A stretch of DNA of 64,000 nucleotides from the NCBI GenBank assembly GCA_041671645.1, contig JBAZBD010000001.1:607234-671233 (forward strand). Direction: 5' to 3'. Position 1 is the stretch's first letter, and each line of letters starts with the position of its first letter. The position numbers were made by a program, and so were the translations under genes. This stretch comes from Patescibacteria group bacterium (GTDB lineage Bacteria > Patescibacteriota > UBA1384 > XYA2-FULL-43-10 > 1-14-0-10-43-13). Below are positions 17,967-27,012 of this stretch, piece after piece. Below the pieces are notes generated by a model. It had not been told where the DNA came from, did not search any database, and saw only the letters and a list, made by a program, of their open reading frames with translations.

Positions 17967-18242
17967 TTATTCTTTGCTGTCCCAAAACTCTTCGGCCTCG
18001 TCCTCTAGCTTCTCCAGCCGATCGTAGTAATCAGGGAACTCGTTCAGATGTGCCAATGCAATCTTGCCCGTGATAAGTGGATCATCGTTGGTCACATTGG
18101 TCGACTCGTCCACGAGACCGTGCTCAAGCTCGACGTCCATACCTTGGCGAAATTGGTCAACATCAAACTTGTCCCATTCGATTCCCAGTCTCTCCCCTAT
18201 TTCCTGCGATTGTTCAACCGTAAATTTTTTCTTTCCAGACAT
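17967..18242 (-). CDS. Conserved small acidic protein of unknown function (DUF-type; widespread in bacteria and phages)
   Basis: 91 aa. MSGKKKFTVEQSQEIGERLGIEWDKFDVDQFRQGMDVELEHG...NVTNDDPLITGKIALAHLNEFPDYY matches a recurrent uncharacterised family known to me from memory. The exact Pfam ID is not certain. Confidence 0.5.
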   Translation of the reverse strand: MSGKKKFTVEQSQEIGERLGIEWDKFDVDQFRQGMDVELEHGLVDESTNVTNDDPLITGKIALAHLNEFPDYYDRLEKLEDEAEEFWDSKE

Positions 18243-18253
18243 GATTCTCCTTG

Positions 18254-18745
18254 TTAAAATATTTTTTGCTTGCCACAGCCAGACCCTAGGCTAGGCGTTG
18301 TGTCGACAATTTGTGCTTTATTTCGATCGTTATTAGTATTCTCCCCACTATCCTTCGCACCAAAATATGAGACTATTCCGGTAGCTAGCGCCAGGATTGG
18401 GATAATATATAGCCATTTCATTTTGTTATTTTTGTTCCAATGGCTTACTAAATATACCGAAAGAAAGGCAGCAAAAGCAAAGGCGAAGTATGCAAGATAG
18501 TAATCGGTACGTGAAATATTTACAATCAGGCTGAAATATCCATATAATCCCCAGACAGAGAAAACAACTATGCCCGCTTTTGTTAAAAAATCCAAGAGCG
18601 CCTTTTTGCGGAGGGAGTTGACTATGATACGAATTATCACGAAGCCAACAAACAAAGCCACTAGCACATCAGTGGCACCGATCGTGAGAAAATAGATGCT
18701 GAAAAATAAAGGGTCGGGAGAGATACAATAAAGTTTTTTGGACAT
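18254..18745 (-). CDS. Hypothetical integral membrane protein
   Basis: 163 aa with 4-5 predicted TM helices. No recognisable motif. Confidence 0.5.
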   Translation of the reverse strand: MSKKLYCISPDPLFFSIYFLTIGATDVLVALFVGFVIIRIIVNSLRKKALLDFLTKAGIVVFSVWGLYGYFSLIVNISRTDYYLAYFAFAFAAFLSVYLVSHWNKNNKMKWLYIIPILALATGIVSYFGAKDSGENTNNDRNKAQIVDTTPSLGSGCGKQKIF

Positions 18746-18830
18746 TTCTTCCCTTCTTATCTAAGACATGCATTCCTGCGAACGACTGCTCTATATATAT
18801 TTTCTCCTATTTTTCTTTTATAATCAAATT

Positions 18831-19361
18831 ATGGAAAACGTAGAGTTTAGAAAACTGACGCAGAAAGATGAGAATGCCTATAATATTTATATAGGTGAAT
18901 TTCTTGATGCTGGCGAAGAAGTTATCCCTCGATCTATATTTAAAACAAATTTATCTTTCAAACAATGGCTCAAACAAAGACATGACTTTGAGAAAGGTAT
19001 TAATTTGCCAGTAGATAGGGTGAAGGCCACCACTTTCTTTCTAATCAGAAAACACGACGGAAAAATTCTTGGCGCGCTCGACTTACGGCATGAGCTAACT
19101 GAGCATTTATTGAAATTTGGCGGTAATATTGGATATGGAGTTGCGCCGTCCGAGAGGAAGAAAGGTTATGCCAATTATATGCTTGCAACAGCGTTGCCCA
19201 TATGCAAAGGATTGGGATTAGAAAAAGTTCTAATAACTTGCAACAAAGAAAATACCGGCTCCGCCCGAACAATCCAAAAGAACGGCGGCGTTTTAGAAAA
19301 CGAAGTCGACTATGATGGTGTGACTAGGCAAAGATATTGGATAGATTTGAATTCTGAATAA
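18831..19361 (+). CDS. GNAT-family N-acetyltransferase
   Basis: Start set at MENVEFRKL, with TATAAT 10 nt upstream (possibly leaderless or a short leader). The acetyl-CoA-binding core is ...GYGVAPSERKKGYANYML... Confidence 0.7.
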   Translation: MENVEFRKLTQKDENAYNIYIGEFLDAGEEVIPRSIFKTNLSFKQWLKQRHDFEKGINLPVDRVKATTFFLIRKHDGKILGALDLRHELTEHLLKFGGNIGYGVAPSERKKGYANYMLATALPICKGLGLEKVLITCNKENTGSARTIQKNGGVLENEVDYDGVTRQRYWIDLNSE

Positions 19362-19371
19362 ACTGTAATGT

Positions 19372-19408
19372 AAAAAAAATCCCCCCGATGTTGTCGGGGG
19401 GATTTTTG
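19372..19408. terminator. Bidirectional Rho-independent terminator (GNAT gene and rplO convergent)
   Basis: A8 run, then ATCCCCCCGA tgttg TCGGGGGGAT (perfect 10-bp stem), then TTTTTG. Confidence 0.8.
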
Positions 19409-19415
19409 TGAGTAC

Positions 19416-19922
19416 TTATTTGGTTTCTGTCTTCTTGACTGTTTTCTTAGGAGCCTTTGGAGCGGCTGGAGTCTTTTCTACCTTTGGAGCTTTCTCTTCA
19501 GCAACTTCGGCTTTGGCAACTTTTTTTGCCGGAATTTTGACTGATTTGGAGACTTTGACTTCTTTTGAGAATTCAACTGACTTGGTGAGCTCACCATTGT
19601 TTAGAATCTTGGCAGCTTCGAATATTCGGATCATGCCCTTCTCAACCAGCAATTTGTGAGTAACTGTCTCGCCATCTTTGAAAGCGGCAGAAATCTGGTC
19701 GAGAGAAATAACAATTGGTTTGCGCTTGTGGGAGGTGAATCCTGGAAGCTTTGGCAATCTCATTGAAAGTGGAGTCTGACCACCCTCAAATCTCTTTGGC
19801 AGGTTAAAACCACTGCGTGATCTCTGTCCTTTGGTACCGCGACCGGCGGTCTTACCCTGACCAGCTGCGATTCCGCGACCGACGCGTTGTTTTGTTTTAG
19901 ATTTTGTGGAAATTAGGTTCAT
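19416..19922 (-). CDS. rplO: 50S ribosomal protein L15 with a Lys/Ala/Pro-rich C-terminal extension
   Basis: 168 aa. KQRVGRGIAAGQGKTAGRGTKGQRSRSG is the uL15 signature. The C-terminal roughly 45 aa are low complexity. Confidence 0.95.
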   Translation of the reverse strand: MNLISTKSKTKQRVGRGIAAGQGKTAGRGTKGQRSRSGFNLPKRFEGGQTPLSMRLPKLPGFTSHKRKPIVISLDQISAAFKDGETVTHKLLVEKGMIRIFEAAKILNNGELTKSVEFSKEVKVSKSVKIPAKKVAKAEVAEEKAPKVEKTPAAPKAPKKTVKKTETK

Positions 19923-19931
19923 TATAACTTT

Positions 19932-20621
19932 CTATTTCATGCTTTTCTTAGCGGCTTTTTTGGTGGTTTTCTTGACGGCTTTTTTCTCTTCCTCAACTGG
20001 GGCTTCGGCAACGACTTCTAGAGGTTTGATTTTGACGTCCTGAGCTTCGATAAGTTTCTTCTTGGCTTCGCTTCTATCAGTAATGATCTTGGTATATGAA
20101 GCGTCAAAAGATGAGAAAGCCTTGAGTGTTGCCATGACGTTGTTCAATTTGTTTGGACTGCCCATCATTTTGGAAAGAAGATCTGTGATGCCAGCAAGCT
20201 CTGCAACTGCGCGAACGCTTCCACCAGCAACAATTGAAGTACCAGAGGTGGCTGGGCGAAGCATGACAACTGCTGAAGCGAATTTGGTAGTCATTTCGTA
20301 AGGAATTGTACCATTGATAATTGGTACGATAATCATATCTTTTTTGGCCGCAACAACTGCTTTTTTGACAGCTTCAGAAACATCATTGGCCTTGCCGATA
20401 CCGGCGCCAACTTTGCCCTTCTTGTTGCCAATTACAACCAAAGCGCGGAAACGAATACGTCGTCCGCCTTTGACGGTACGAGCGACTCTGCGCACTTCAA
20501 TAACTCGCTCTTCGAACTCAGAATCTCTTTTCTCACCCTCGTATTTGCGAGGACGCATGAAATTCTTTGTCGCACGAGCTGGTTGGTTGGCTGCATCCAA
20601 ATTTGTAGTATTATCTACCAT
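19932..20621 (-). CDS. rpsE: 30S ribosomal protein S5 with N- and C-terminal extensions
   Basis: 229 aa. ERVIEVRRVARTVKGGRRIRFRALVVIGNKKGKVGAGIGKANDV is the uS5 core. It directly abuts rplO, with no rpmD/L30 gene between them. Confidence 0.95.
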   Translation of the reverse strand: MVDNTTNLDAANQPARATKNFMRPRKYEGEKRDSEFEERVIEVRRVARTVKGGRRIRFRALVVIGNKKGKVGAGIGKANDVSEAVKKAVVAAKKDMIIVPIINGTIPYEMTTKFASAVVMLRPATSGTSIVAGGSVRAVAELAGITDLLSKMMGSPNKLNNVMATLKAFSSFDASYTKIITDRSEAKKKLIEAQDVKIKPLEVVAEAPVEEEKKAVKKTTKKAAKKSMK

Positions 20622-20640
20622 TTATATTCCTTTATTTCGA

Positions 20641-20955
20641 CTAGAAGACTAGACCGCCTTTACGAAGGCCTTCGGCTAGGCTTTTGACTTGACCATGATA
20701 TTTAAAGTTGCTTCGGTCATAAATAACTTGGGCGATTTTTTTGGTTTTGGCTATTTTGGCAAGTTCCTCGCCCAAAGCAAATGCTCTCTCGACTGGTTTA
20801 CCAGTCTTGATAGACTTCGAAGTCATACCAAGAATGGTGATGCCTTTTTCGTCATCGATAAATTGAGCAGTGATAGCTTTGTTGGATCGGAATATTGCAA
20901 CTCTTGGACGAATCGCTGTACCCCATAATTTTTTGTTGAATGTATTTAATGTCAT
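20641..20955 (-). CDS. rplR: 50S ribosomal protein L18
   Basis: 104 aa. RPRVAIFRSNKAITAQFIDDEKGITI...LAEGLRKGGLVF. Confidence 0.95.
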   Translation of the reverse strand: MTLNTFNKKLWGTAIRPRVAIFRSNKAITAQFIDDEKGITILGMTSKSIKTGKPVERAFALGEELAKIAKTKKIAQVIYDRSNFKYHGQVKSLAEGLRKGGLVF

Positions 20956-20964
20956 GAAATTCCT

Positions 20965-21504
20965 TTATTTAGACGCTGCTGTTTTGCCAGCTTTTCGTCT
21001 AATATGTTCCTCTTTGTATTTGATACCTTTGCCCTTATATGGCTCTGGTGGTCTGACTTCGCGCACCTTTGCGGCAAATTGTCCGACTTGCTGTTTGTCT
21101 ATGCCAGAGGTAATAATTGAGTTTTTGACAACTTTGACTTCTAGGTTCGATGGAATTTCTAATTTGATATCATGGGAATAACCCATAGCGAGAACCAGCT
21201 CAGATCCGACAACGGCGGCGCGGTATCCAGTACCCATGAAGGTAAGTTCTCTCGTAAAACCAGCGCTTACACCAGTGATCATATTGGCAATCAATCTGGC
21301 GATAAGACCATGTTTTGATTTGGCAATTTTACTGTCGTTGATTCGAGAAACCAAAACGTTACCGTCTTCGATTTTGACAGTTGTTTCGTGTGGGATAGTC
21401 AGCTCAAGTGTCTTCTCGCCTGATTTTGCAGTGAAAAGATTGGCACTCAATGTGACTTCTACGCCCTCTTCAATTTTTACTGGTCTTTTACCTATTTTGC
21501 TCAT
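20965..21504 (-). CDS. rplF: 50S ribosomal protein L6
   Basis: 179 aa. MSKIGKRPVKIEEGVEV...GTGYRA...EPYKGKGI. Confidence 0.95.
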   Translation of the reverse strand: MSKIGKRPVKIEEGVEVTLSANLFTAKSGEKTLELTIPHETTVKIEDGNVLVSRINDSKIAKSKHGLIARLIANMITGVSAGFTRELTFMGTGYRAAVVGSELVLAMGYSHDIKLEIPSNLEVKVVKNSIITSGIDKQQVGQFAAKVREVRPPEPYKGKGIKYKEEHIRRKAGKTAASK

Positions 21505-21532
21505 AATTGCCTTTATATTTTGATCTTGCCGT

Positions 21533-21910
21533 TTACCAAATCTCGCAGATTACTTCTCCGCCAAGTCCCTTTTTGGCCGCTTCACGACCGGTGATGACTC
21601 CCTGCGAAGTAGAAACGATCACAATACCCAAACCCCGAAGTGGACGTGGCAACTCTTTGGCCTTGTTGTAAACTCGGCGTCCTGATTTGCTGATCTGTCG
21701 TATGTGAGTAGGGATTTTGGTTTTGCTGATTGTAATCTTCAAAAATTCCTTCTCGTCCTCTTTGACAGTTTCTACATTGGATAAGAAACCTTCGCGAACG
21801 AGGATATCCAAAATAGCCTTCTTGATCTTAGAAAATGAGATTGTAACCTCACTCTTTCCGACCATGGCTGAATTTTTGATTCTGATTAATAAATCTGCTA
21901 TTTGATCCAT
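21533..21910 (-). CDS. rpsH: 30S ribosomal protein S8
   Basis: 125 aa. MDQIADLLIRIKNS...GLGIVIVSTSQGVITGREAAKKGLGGEVICEIW. Confidence 0.95.
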   Translation of the reverse strand: MDQIADLLIRIKNSAMVGKSEVTISFSKIKKAILDILVREGFLSNVETVKEDEKEFLKITISKTKIPTHIRQISKSGRRVYNKAKELPRPLRGLGIVIVSTSQGVITGREAAKKGLGGEVICEIW

Positions 21911-21957
21911 TTTTGATACCTTTTATTGTATATTCGTTATTCGATACTTCGTAATTT

Positions 21958-22143
21958 TTACCAACTGGACTTTGAAACTCCTGGAATGTCACCACGTGAA
22001 GCAAACTCACGGAAACAGATACGGCACATCTGGAATTTTCTCATATATGCGTGTTTTCGACCGCACATTTTGCATCGTGTTATTGTCCGTGTAGAAAACT
22101 TTGGTTTTCTATTGGCTTTTACAATCATTGATGTCTTGGCCAT
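21958..22143 (-). CDS. rpsN: 30S ribosomal protein S14, type Z (zinc-binding)
   Basis: 61 aa. C..C...C..C: [24 protein letters not shown]. Confidence 0.95.
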   Translation of the reverse strand: MAKTSMIVKANRKPKFSTRTITRCKMCGRKHAYMRKFQMCRICFREFASRGDIPGVSKSSW

Positions 22144-22145
22144 AT

Positions 22146-22694
22146 CTATTTACCTTCCTTTTTGAATGGGAAACCGAGGCGAACAAGTAATTGCTTCGAG
22201 TCTTCCTTGGATTTGCTTCTAATCTTAATGTTTATCTCAAGACCGAAGTTAACAGTTGCTTCTTCAAATTTGATCTCTGGGAAAATAGAATAGTCTCTGA
22301 GCCCTATGCTATAATTTCCCTTTTCATCAAAACTTGTGTTTGAAAGACCACGGAAGTCGCGAACACGAGGTAGGGCTACATTAACCAAACGGTTGATGAA
22401 ATCGTACATTCGTGTACCGCGAAGGGTAACTGTAAGGCCAATTGGCTGACCAATTCTAAGCTTGAAAGCAGAAACCGCTTTCTTGGAGAGGTTAAGCTTG
22501 ACTTTCTGACCAGTGATTCGAGTAAGCTCAGTGCTGATCTGCTCAACGATTTTCTTGTCTTCCTTAAAATCACCGATTCCAGAAGAGACAACGATCTTTT
22601 CGATCTGTGGTGACTCAAAATCGTTCTTGTACCCAAGCTCTTTTTTCAGCTCAAGCTTGATTCGATTGGTATATTGTTCGCTTAATCTTTCCAT
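22146..22694 (-). CDS. rplE: 50S ribosomal protein L5
   Basis: 182 aa, uL5 core. Confidence 0.95.
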   Translation of the reverse strand: MERLSEQYTNRIKLELKKELGYKNDFESPQIEKIVVSSGIGDFKEDKKIVEQISTELTRITGQKVKLNLSKKAVSAFKLRIGQPIGLTVTLRGTRMYDFINRLVNVALPRVRDFRGLSNTSFDEKGNYSIGLRDYSIFPEIKFEEATVNFGLEINIKIRSKSKEDSKQLLVRLGFPFKKEGK

Positions 22695-23014
22695 TATTTT
22701 CCACTTCCTTCTAGGCTACCACCACATTTTTTACAAATTCGAAGCTTTCCGTTCTCACTTATTTTGTAAGAGATTTTGGTTGGCTTGCCACATGATGGGC
22801 AGATGATCATGACATTGGATGAATTGATCTTCTGGTTGATATCGATGATACCACCCTGTGGATTTTTGCGGCTTGGCTTAACATGCTTCTTAGCGATTGC
22901 AATCCCTTTGACCACGATTCTGGCATCCTGAACGAAGACACGCTCAACCAAACCGGTCTTGCCTTTGTCCTTGCCTGTGATCACCATTACATTGTCGCTT
23001 TTCTTAATCTTCAT
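22694..23014 (-). CDS. rplX: 50S ribosomal protein L24 carrying a C-terminal C4 zinc ribbon
   Basis: 106 aa. The KOW N-terminus VMVITGKDKGKTG is present. The C-terminal beta-hairpin region reads ICPSCGKPTKISYKISENGKLRICKKCGG (4 Cys) where E. coli L24 has no Cys. Confidence 0.9.
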   Translation of the reverse strand: MKIKKSDNVMVITGKDKGKTGLVERVFVQDARIVVKGIAIAKKHVKPSRKNPQGGIIDINQKINSSNVMIICPSCGKPTKISYKISENGKLRICKKCGGSLEGSGK

Positions 23015-23040
23015 AATATTTTCTTAACTTTATACTTTTA

Positions 23041-23406
23041 TTAAAGAACCTCTGGGGCTAGTGAAATAATTTTCATATAACCGTTTCTGATCTCGCGTGG
23101 GATTGGTCCGAAGATACGTGTGCCACGTGGTTCTTTGTTGGCATCAATAATGACTGCAGCGTTTTCGTCGAAACTAATATATGAACCGTCTTCACGAGCA
23201 AAATGTTTGGCTTGTCGGACGATTACCGCTTTCACAACTTCCTTCTTCTTGACTGTTCCTCTTGGAATAGCGTCTTTGACTGAAGCTGAGATGATATCGC
23301 CAATCTCGCCACCGCATCTCTTGGCACGTCCAAGAACAGTGATGCATTCAATTTCTTTTGCACCCGTATTATCGGCAACTTTTAATCTTGTTCCTGGCTG
23401 AATCAT
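23041..23406 (-). CDS. rplN: 50S ribosomal protein L14
   Basis: 121 aa. [17 protein letters not shown]. Confidence 0.95.
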   Translation of the reverse strand: MIQPGTRLKVADNTGAKEIECITVLGRAKRCGGEIGDIISASVKDAIPRGTVKKKEVVKAVIVRQAKHFAREDGSYISFDENAAVIIDANKEPRGTRIFGPIPREIRNGYMKIISLAPEVL

Positions 23407-23651
23407 TATTTAACTTTCTTTGTAACCTTAAATTTTTTGTCTCGGCTCATAGGAGCAATTTCGACAAATTCAACAACATCGCCAACTTTGAACTGGTTTT
23501 CTTGATCATCCGCTTTGAATTTGTTACTGACAGCGTATTTTTTCAAGTAAAGTCTGTGAGCGACGGTGCGATCAACTCTGATCACAACAGTCTTATCCAT
23601 TTTATCGGATACTACTGTGCCTATTCTTGTTTTGTTTACTTTATTTTCCAT
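23406..23651 (-). CDS. rpsQ: 30S ribosomal protein S17
   Basis: 81 aa. [29 protein letters not shown]. Confidence 0.95.
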   Translation of the reverse strand: MENKVNKTRIGTVVSDKMDKTVVIRVDRTVAHRLYLKKYAVSNKFKADDQENQFKVGDVVEFVEIAPMSRDKKFKVTKKVK

Positions 23652-23653
23652 AA

Positions 23654-23890
23654 TTACTCGCTCTGAAATTCGTTAATTATCGTCATAATTCTGGCAACTT
23701 TTGCTTTGTTTTTTCCCAAAAGCGAATAATTATCAAGCTTATCAACCTTAACCTTGAGCATGTTGTTGGTATATTCTTTGGTGGCTGAAGCAAGCTCCTT
23801 CAAAAGGGCTTCTTTGTCTAGCGCGCGCAAATTTTTCATTTCTTCAGTTGATTTCATAATTCTATCTTTATTCTTCGTCTTTGCTGACAA
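23654..23890 (-). CDS. rpmC: 50S ribosomal protein L29
   Basis: 78 aa helical protein ([25 protein letters not shown]). Its position between rplP and rpsQ fits uL29. Confidence 0.85.
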   Translation of the reverse strand: MSAKTKNKDRIMKSTEEMKNLRALDKEALLKELASATKEYTNNMLKVKVDKLDNYSLLGKNKAKVARIMTIINEFQSE

Positions 23891-24281
23891 ACTTACTTTT
23901 CATAGGAATTTTGTGAATAGCCAATCTCATAGCTTCTTTGGCAGTAGCGTGATCGACACCGTCCATCTCAAACATCATTCGGCCCGGCTTGATAACTGCG
24001 GCAAAGTGATCGACTGCACCTTTACCCGAACCCATTGGAGTTTCAGGTGAAGTAGAAGTGATTGGCTTGTCAGGGAAGATCCGGATCCAGATTTGTCCAC
24101 CCTTTTTGATGTATCTTGTCATAGCTCGGCGAGCAGCTTCAATCGATCGAGCTGAAATCCAGCCAGCTGCTTCTGCCTTGATACCATATTTGCCAAAAGC
24201 AAAATCGTTACCACGAGTAGCCAAACCGCCGCGTTTGCCGCGCTGTTGCTTTCTGTATTTCATTTTCTTTGGCATCAACAT
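23868..24281 (-). CDS. rplP: 50S ribosomal protein L16
   Basis: 137 aa. [24 protein letters not shown]... Confidence 0.95.
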   Translation of the reverse strand: MLMPKKMKYRKQQRGKRGGLATRGNDFAFGKYGIKAEAAGWISARSIEAARRAMTRYIKKGGQIWIRIFPDKPITSTSPETPMGSGKGAVDHFAAVIKPGRMMFEMDGVDHATAKEAMRLAIHKIPMKSKFVSKDEE

Positions 24282-24312
24282 AATATTTTCCTAAAACAAA
24301 ATCTAAATAAAC

Positions 24313-24960
24313 TTATTTGGTCAAATCTTCGAGCGTTAATAGCCTCTCACCCTTGTAAACCCAAACCTTGATACCGATAATTCCGAAGGTTGTCAGGGCT
24401 GTTGTATATTTGTAATCGATATCACTCTTGAATGTGCCAAGTGGTACTGTGCCAAAAGCAACTTTTTCGCTTCTCGCAATGTCAGCACCGTTCAAACGTC
24501 CAGAAACCTGAACTTTGATACCCATGATTCCGGCTGCTTTGGCTTTTTCTACAGCCTGTCTCATCGCTCGGCGGAAGGCGATACGTTTCTCGATCTGCGC
24601 AGCGATGTTGGCTGCAATAATCGAAGCATCGCCGTCTGGCTTTTTCACTTCAATAATATTGATCTGAAGTTTTTCTTTGATCCAGGTAGTGAGGAATTTC
24701 TTCAAGTCCTCTGTCCCCTGTCCACCGCGACCGATGATTACGCCAGGACGTCCGGAATAAATATCGAGGGTCACTTTGTTGGAATCACGGCTAATCAAGA
24801 TTTTTGAAACTGAAGCGTCTTTGAGCTTCTTGGCCAATGCGCGTTTCACCATAAGGTCAGCAATCAGGCTTTCAGCATAATTTGTTCTGCCAAACCAGCG
24901 AGAACTCCAAGTCTGGTTGATTTTCAAACGGATTGATTTTGGGTTTACTTTCTGTCCCAT
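24313..24960 (-). CDS. rpsC: 30S ribosomal protein S3
   Basis: 215 aa. MGQKVNPKSIRLKINQTW, then KH and S3-C domains. Confidence 0.95.
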   Translation of the reverse strand: MGQKVNPKSIRLKINQTWSSRWFGRTNYAESLIADLMVKRALAKKLKDASVSKILISRDSNKVTLDIYSGRPGVIIGRGGQGTEDLKKFLTTWIKEKLQINIIEVKKPDGDASIIAANIAAQIEKRIAFRRAMRQAVEKAKAAGIMGIKVQVSGRLNGADIARSEKVAFGTVPLGTFKSDIDYKYTTALTTFGIIGIKVWVYKGERLLTLEDLTK

Positions 24961-25379
24961 TATTTCACTTCCTCTGATTTAGTTTTCTCGGCTTTTGGAG
25001 CCCCAACGGGGCCCCCTTTGGAGGCTGGTTCAACGTCTACTTTTTTGTCCTCTACACCTTCGACTGTCAAAACTAGATGGGCCATTCTCTTGGTGATTCG
25101 GCGTGCCTGTCCCTTGGACCATGGCATGATTCTCTTCAGTCTTGGACCTTCTTCACACACGAAGCGTGAAATTACAACTTTGTCAGCCTCGAGATAATTC
25201 TCTTTGGCAGCCGCAATTGCTGATTTTACAAGGCTGTGAGCGAAATATGCACCTTTTCGGTTGATAAACTTCAAAGATATCAAAGCGTCGCTCAAAGTCT
25301 GGCTAGAAAGTCCATGCAAAATAGGTCGCATCTTGCGTGGTGAAATTCCGATATATTTATTTTTGACTGTAATTTCCAT
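24960..25379 (-). CDS. rplV: 50S ribosomal protein L22
   Basis: 139 aa, uL22 core, with a Lys/Glu-rich C-terminal tail. Confidence 0.95.
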   Translation of the reverse strand: MEITVKNKYIGISPRKMRPILHGLSSQTLSDALISLKFINRKGAYFAHSLVKSAIAAAKENYLEADKVVISRFVCEEGPRLKRIMPWSKGQARRITKRMAHLVLTVEGVEDKKVDVEPASKGGPVGAPKAEKTKSEEVK

Positions 25380-25408
25380 TTTTTTGCTTTATGCTTTCGC
25401 AGTTATAA

Positions 25409-25699
25409 CTATTTTGCTGATTTGGCCTGTTCTTTGGCCATCTTGCCACCGTGTCCACGGAATTTTCTTGTTGGAGAAAACTCACCCAATTTGTGTCCGA
25501 CCATTTCCTCAACAATAAAGACTGGAATGTGCTCTTTGCCATTGTGGACTGCGAAACTGAATCCTACCATTTCTGGGATGATTGTAGCGCATCTTGACCA
25601 TGTCTTGATTGGTTTTTTGTCGCCAGTTGCTTCAGCTTTCTTGACCTTTGCAAGGAGCCGCTCATCAACGTATGGACCTTTTTTGAGTGATCGTGACAT
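25409..25699 (-). CDS. rpsS: 30S ribosomal protein S19
   Basis: 96 aa. [19 protein letters not shown]...[11 protein letters not shown]. Confidence 0.95.
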   Translation of the reverse strand: MSRSLKKGPYVDERLLAKVKKAEATGDKKPIKTWSRCATIIPEMVGFSFAVHNGKEHIPVFIVEEMVGHKLGEFSPTRKFRGHGGKMAKEQAKSAK

Positions 25700-25706
25700 A
25701 TTTTCC

Positions 25707-26537
25707 TTATTTCTTCCGTCTAGCGATAATTAATTTCTGGCTTGATTTCTTCTTGTTTCGTGTTCTCTTACCAAGCGCAGGCGCACCCCATGGAGTTTTT
25801 GGATATTTCATACCGATTGGAGAGTGACCCTCACCACCACCATGTGGATGGTCGACAGGGTTCTTTTCTTTACCCAAAACAGTTGGTCTGATACCCATGT
25901 GACGGCTTCGGCCGGCTTTACCGATATTGACCTTGTTGTGGTCGATATTGGAGACAACTCCGATTGAAGCGTAACACTCGGCTAATACCTTGCGAGTTTC
26001 CAAGGAAGGCATCCGGATGATAGCATAAATGCCATCAACACCAAGCAGGGTTGCAAAATTACCAGCACTTCTGGCCATCTGTCCACCTTTGCCTGGAGTC
26101 AATTCGATATTGTGAATTTGTGTTGAAGCAGGAATATTTTTGAGCTTCATACGATTACCCATTTTGGCAGGAGCGATCTCGTCAACGCTGACAATCTGTC
26201 CAGCTTCCATACCGTCTGGGGCCAAAATATATGATTTTGAATTGTCAGGGTATTCTACCAAAGCGATATTGGCAGATCTGTTTGGGTCATACTGAATGCT
26301 AGTCACAGTAGCTTTTTCGCCGATTCTGCTAGTCATATCCAAGTCAACCATACGATATTTTCTCTTGGCTCCGCCGCCCTTGTGCATCACTACAAGCTCA
26401 CCCTTGTTATCACGGCCAGAGCCGCGTTTGATACCAAAAGTCAGAGACTTCAAAGGTTTAACTTTGTCGACCTGAAAGTCGAGGTATGACATTCCTCTTC
26501 GGCCGTTGGTTGTAGGTTTTACTTTTATGATTGGCAT
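25707..26537 (-). CDS. rplB: 50S ribosomal protein L2
   Basis: 276 aa, uL2 core ([29 protein letters not shown]). Confidence 0.95.
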   Translation of the reverse strand: MPIIKVKPTTNGRRGMSYLDFQVDKVKPLKSLTFGIKRGSGRDNKGELVVMHKGGGAKRKYRMVDLDMTSRIGEKATVTSIQYDPNRSANIALVEYPDNSKSYILAPDGMEAGQIVSVDEIAPAKMGNRMKLKNIPASTQIHNIELTPGKGGQMARSAGNFATLLGVDGIYAIIRMPSLETRKVLAECYASIGVVSNIDHNKVNIGKAGRSRHMGIRPTVLGKEKNPVDHPHGGGEGHSPIGMKYPKTPWGAPALGKRTRNKKKSSQKLIIARRKK

Positions 26538-26625
26538 AATATTCTAAATAAACGGATGGCTGATTTTACTGATAACAGATTTTTTGTATTATCTGCTTAT
26601 CTGTTGAATCGGTTATCCTTTTCTG

Positions 26626-27012
26626 TTACTTTTTCTTTTCTCTTACTTTGACAGTTGTATCCTTGTCCTCTTTGACTGCCTTTTCTTTTGTCTTTGGGCC
26701 TTCATTTTTGGACTTGTCTTTGCCCTTGTCCTCAGTCTCAACTTCGAAAAGATCAATCTTGTCGCCCTTTTTGAGGGTCAAAATTGCTTTTCTAACATCT
26801 GAGCGTCTGCCAAATCCTTTTTTGCCCTTTTTGATCTTGCCTGGGATATTGATGGTATTGATCGAAAGAACAGTAACATTGAAAAGATCCTGAACAGCTG
26901 CTCGGACTTCATCCTTGCTGGAGCTATCGTCAATAATGAAGGTAAACTTGTTTTCAGATACCTTGGCGAAGCTTTTCTCGGAAACTAATGGTTTTTTAAG
27001 AATGTTTTTCAT
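26626..27012 (-). CDS. rplW: 50S ribosomal protein L23 with a K/E-rich C-terminal extension
   Basis: 128 aa. The uL23 core is KKPLVSEKSFAKVSENKFTFIID...VRAAVQDLFNVTV. The C-terminal roughly 30 aa are low complexity. Confidence 0.9.
   Translation of the reverse strand: MKNILKKPLVSEKSFAKVSENKFTFIIDDSSSKDEVRAAVQDLFNVTVLSINTINIPGKIKKGKKGFGRRSDVRKAILTLKKGDKIDLFEVETEDKGKDKSKNEGPKTKEKAVKEDKDTTVKVREKKK

Noticed and set aside
18768-18830. N-terminal extension MHSCERLLYIYFLLFFFYNQI of the GNAT ORF
   Set aside because: It has no RBS, is hydrophobic junk, and a TATAAT box lies inside it. MENVEF was taken as the start.
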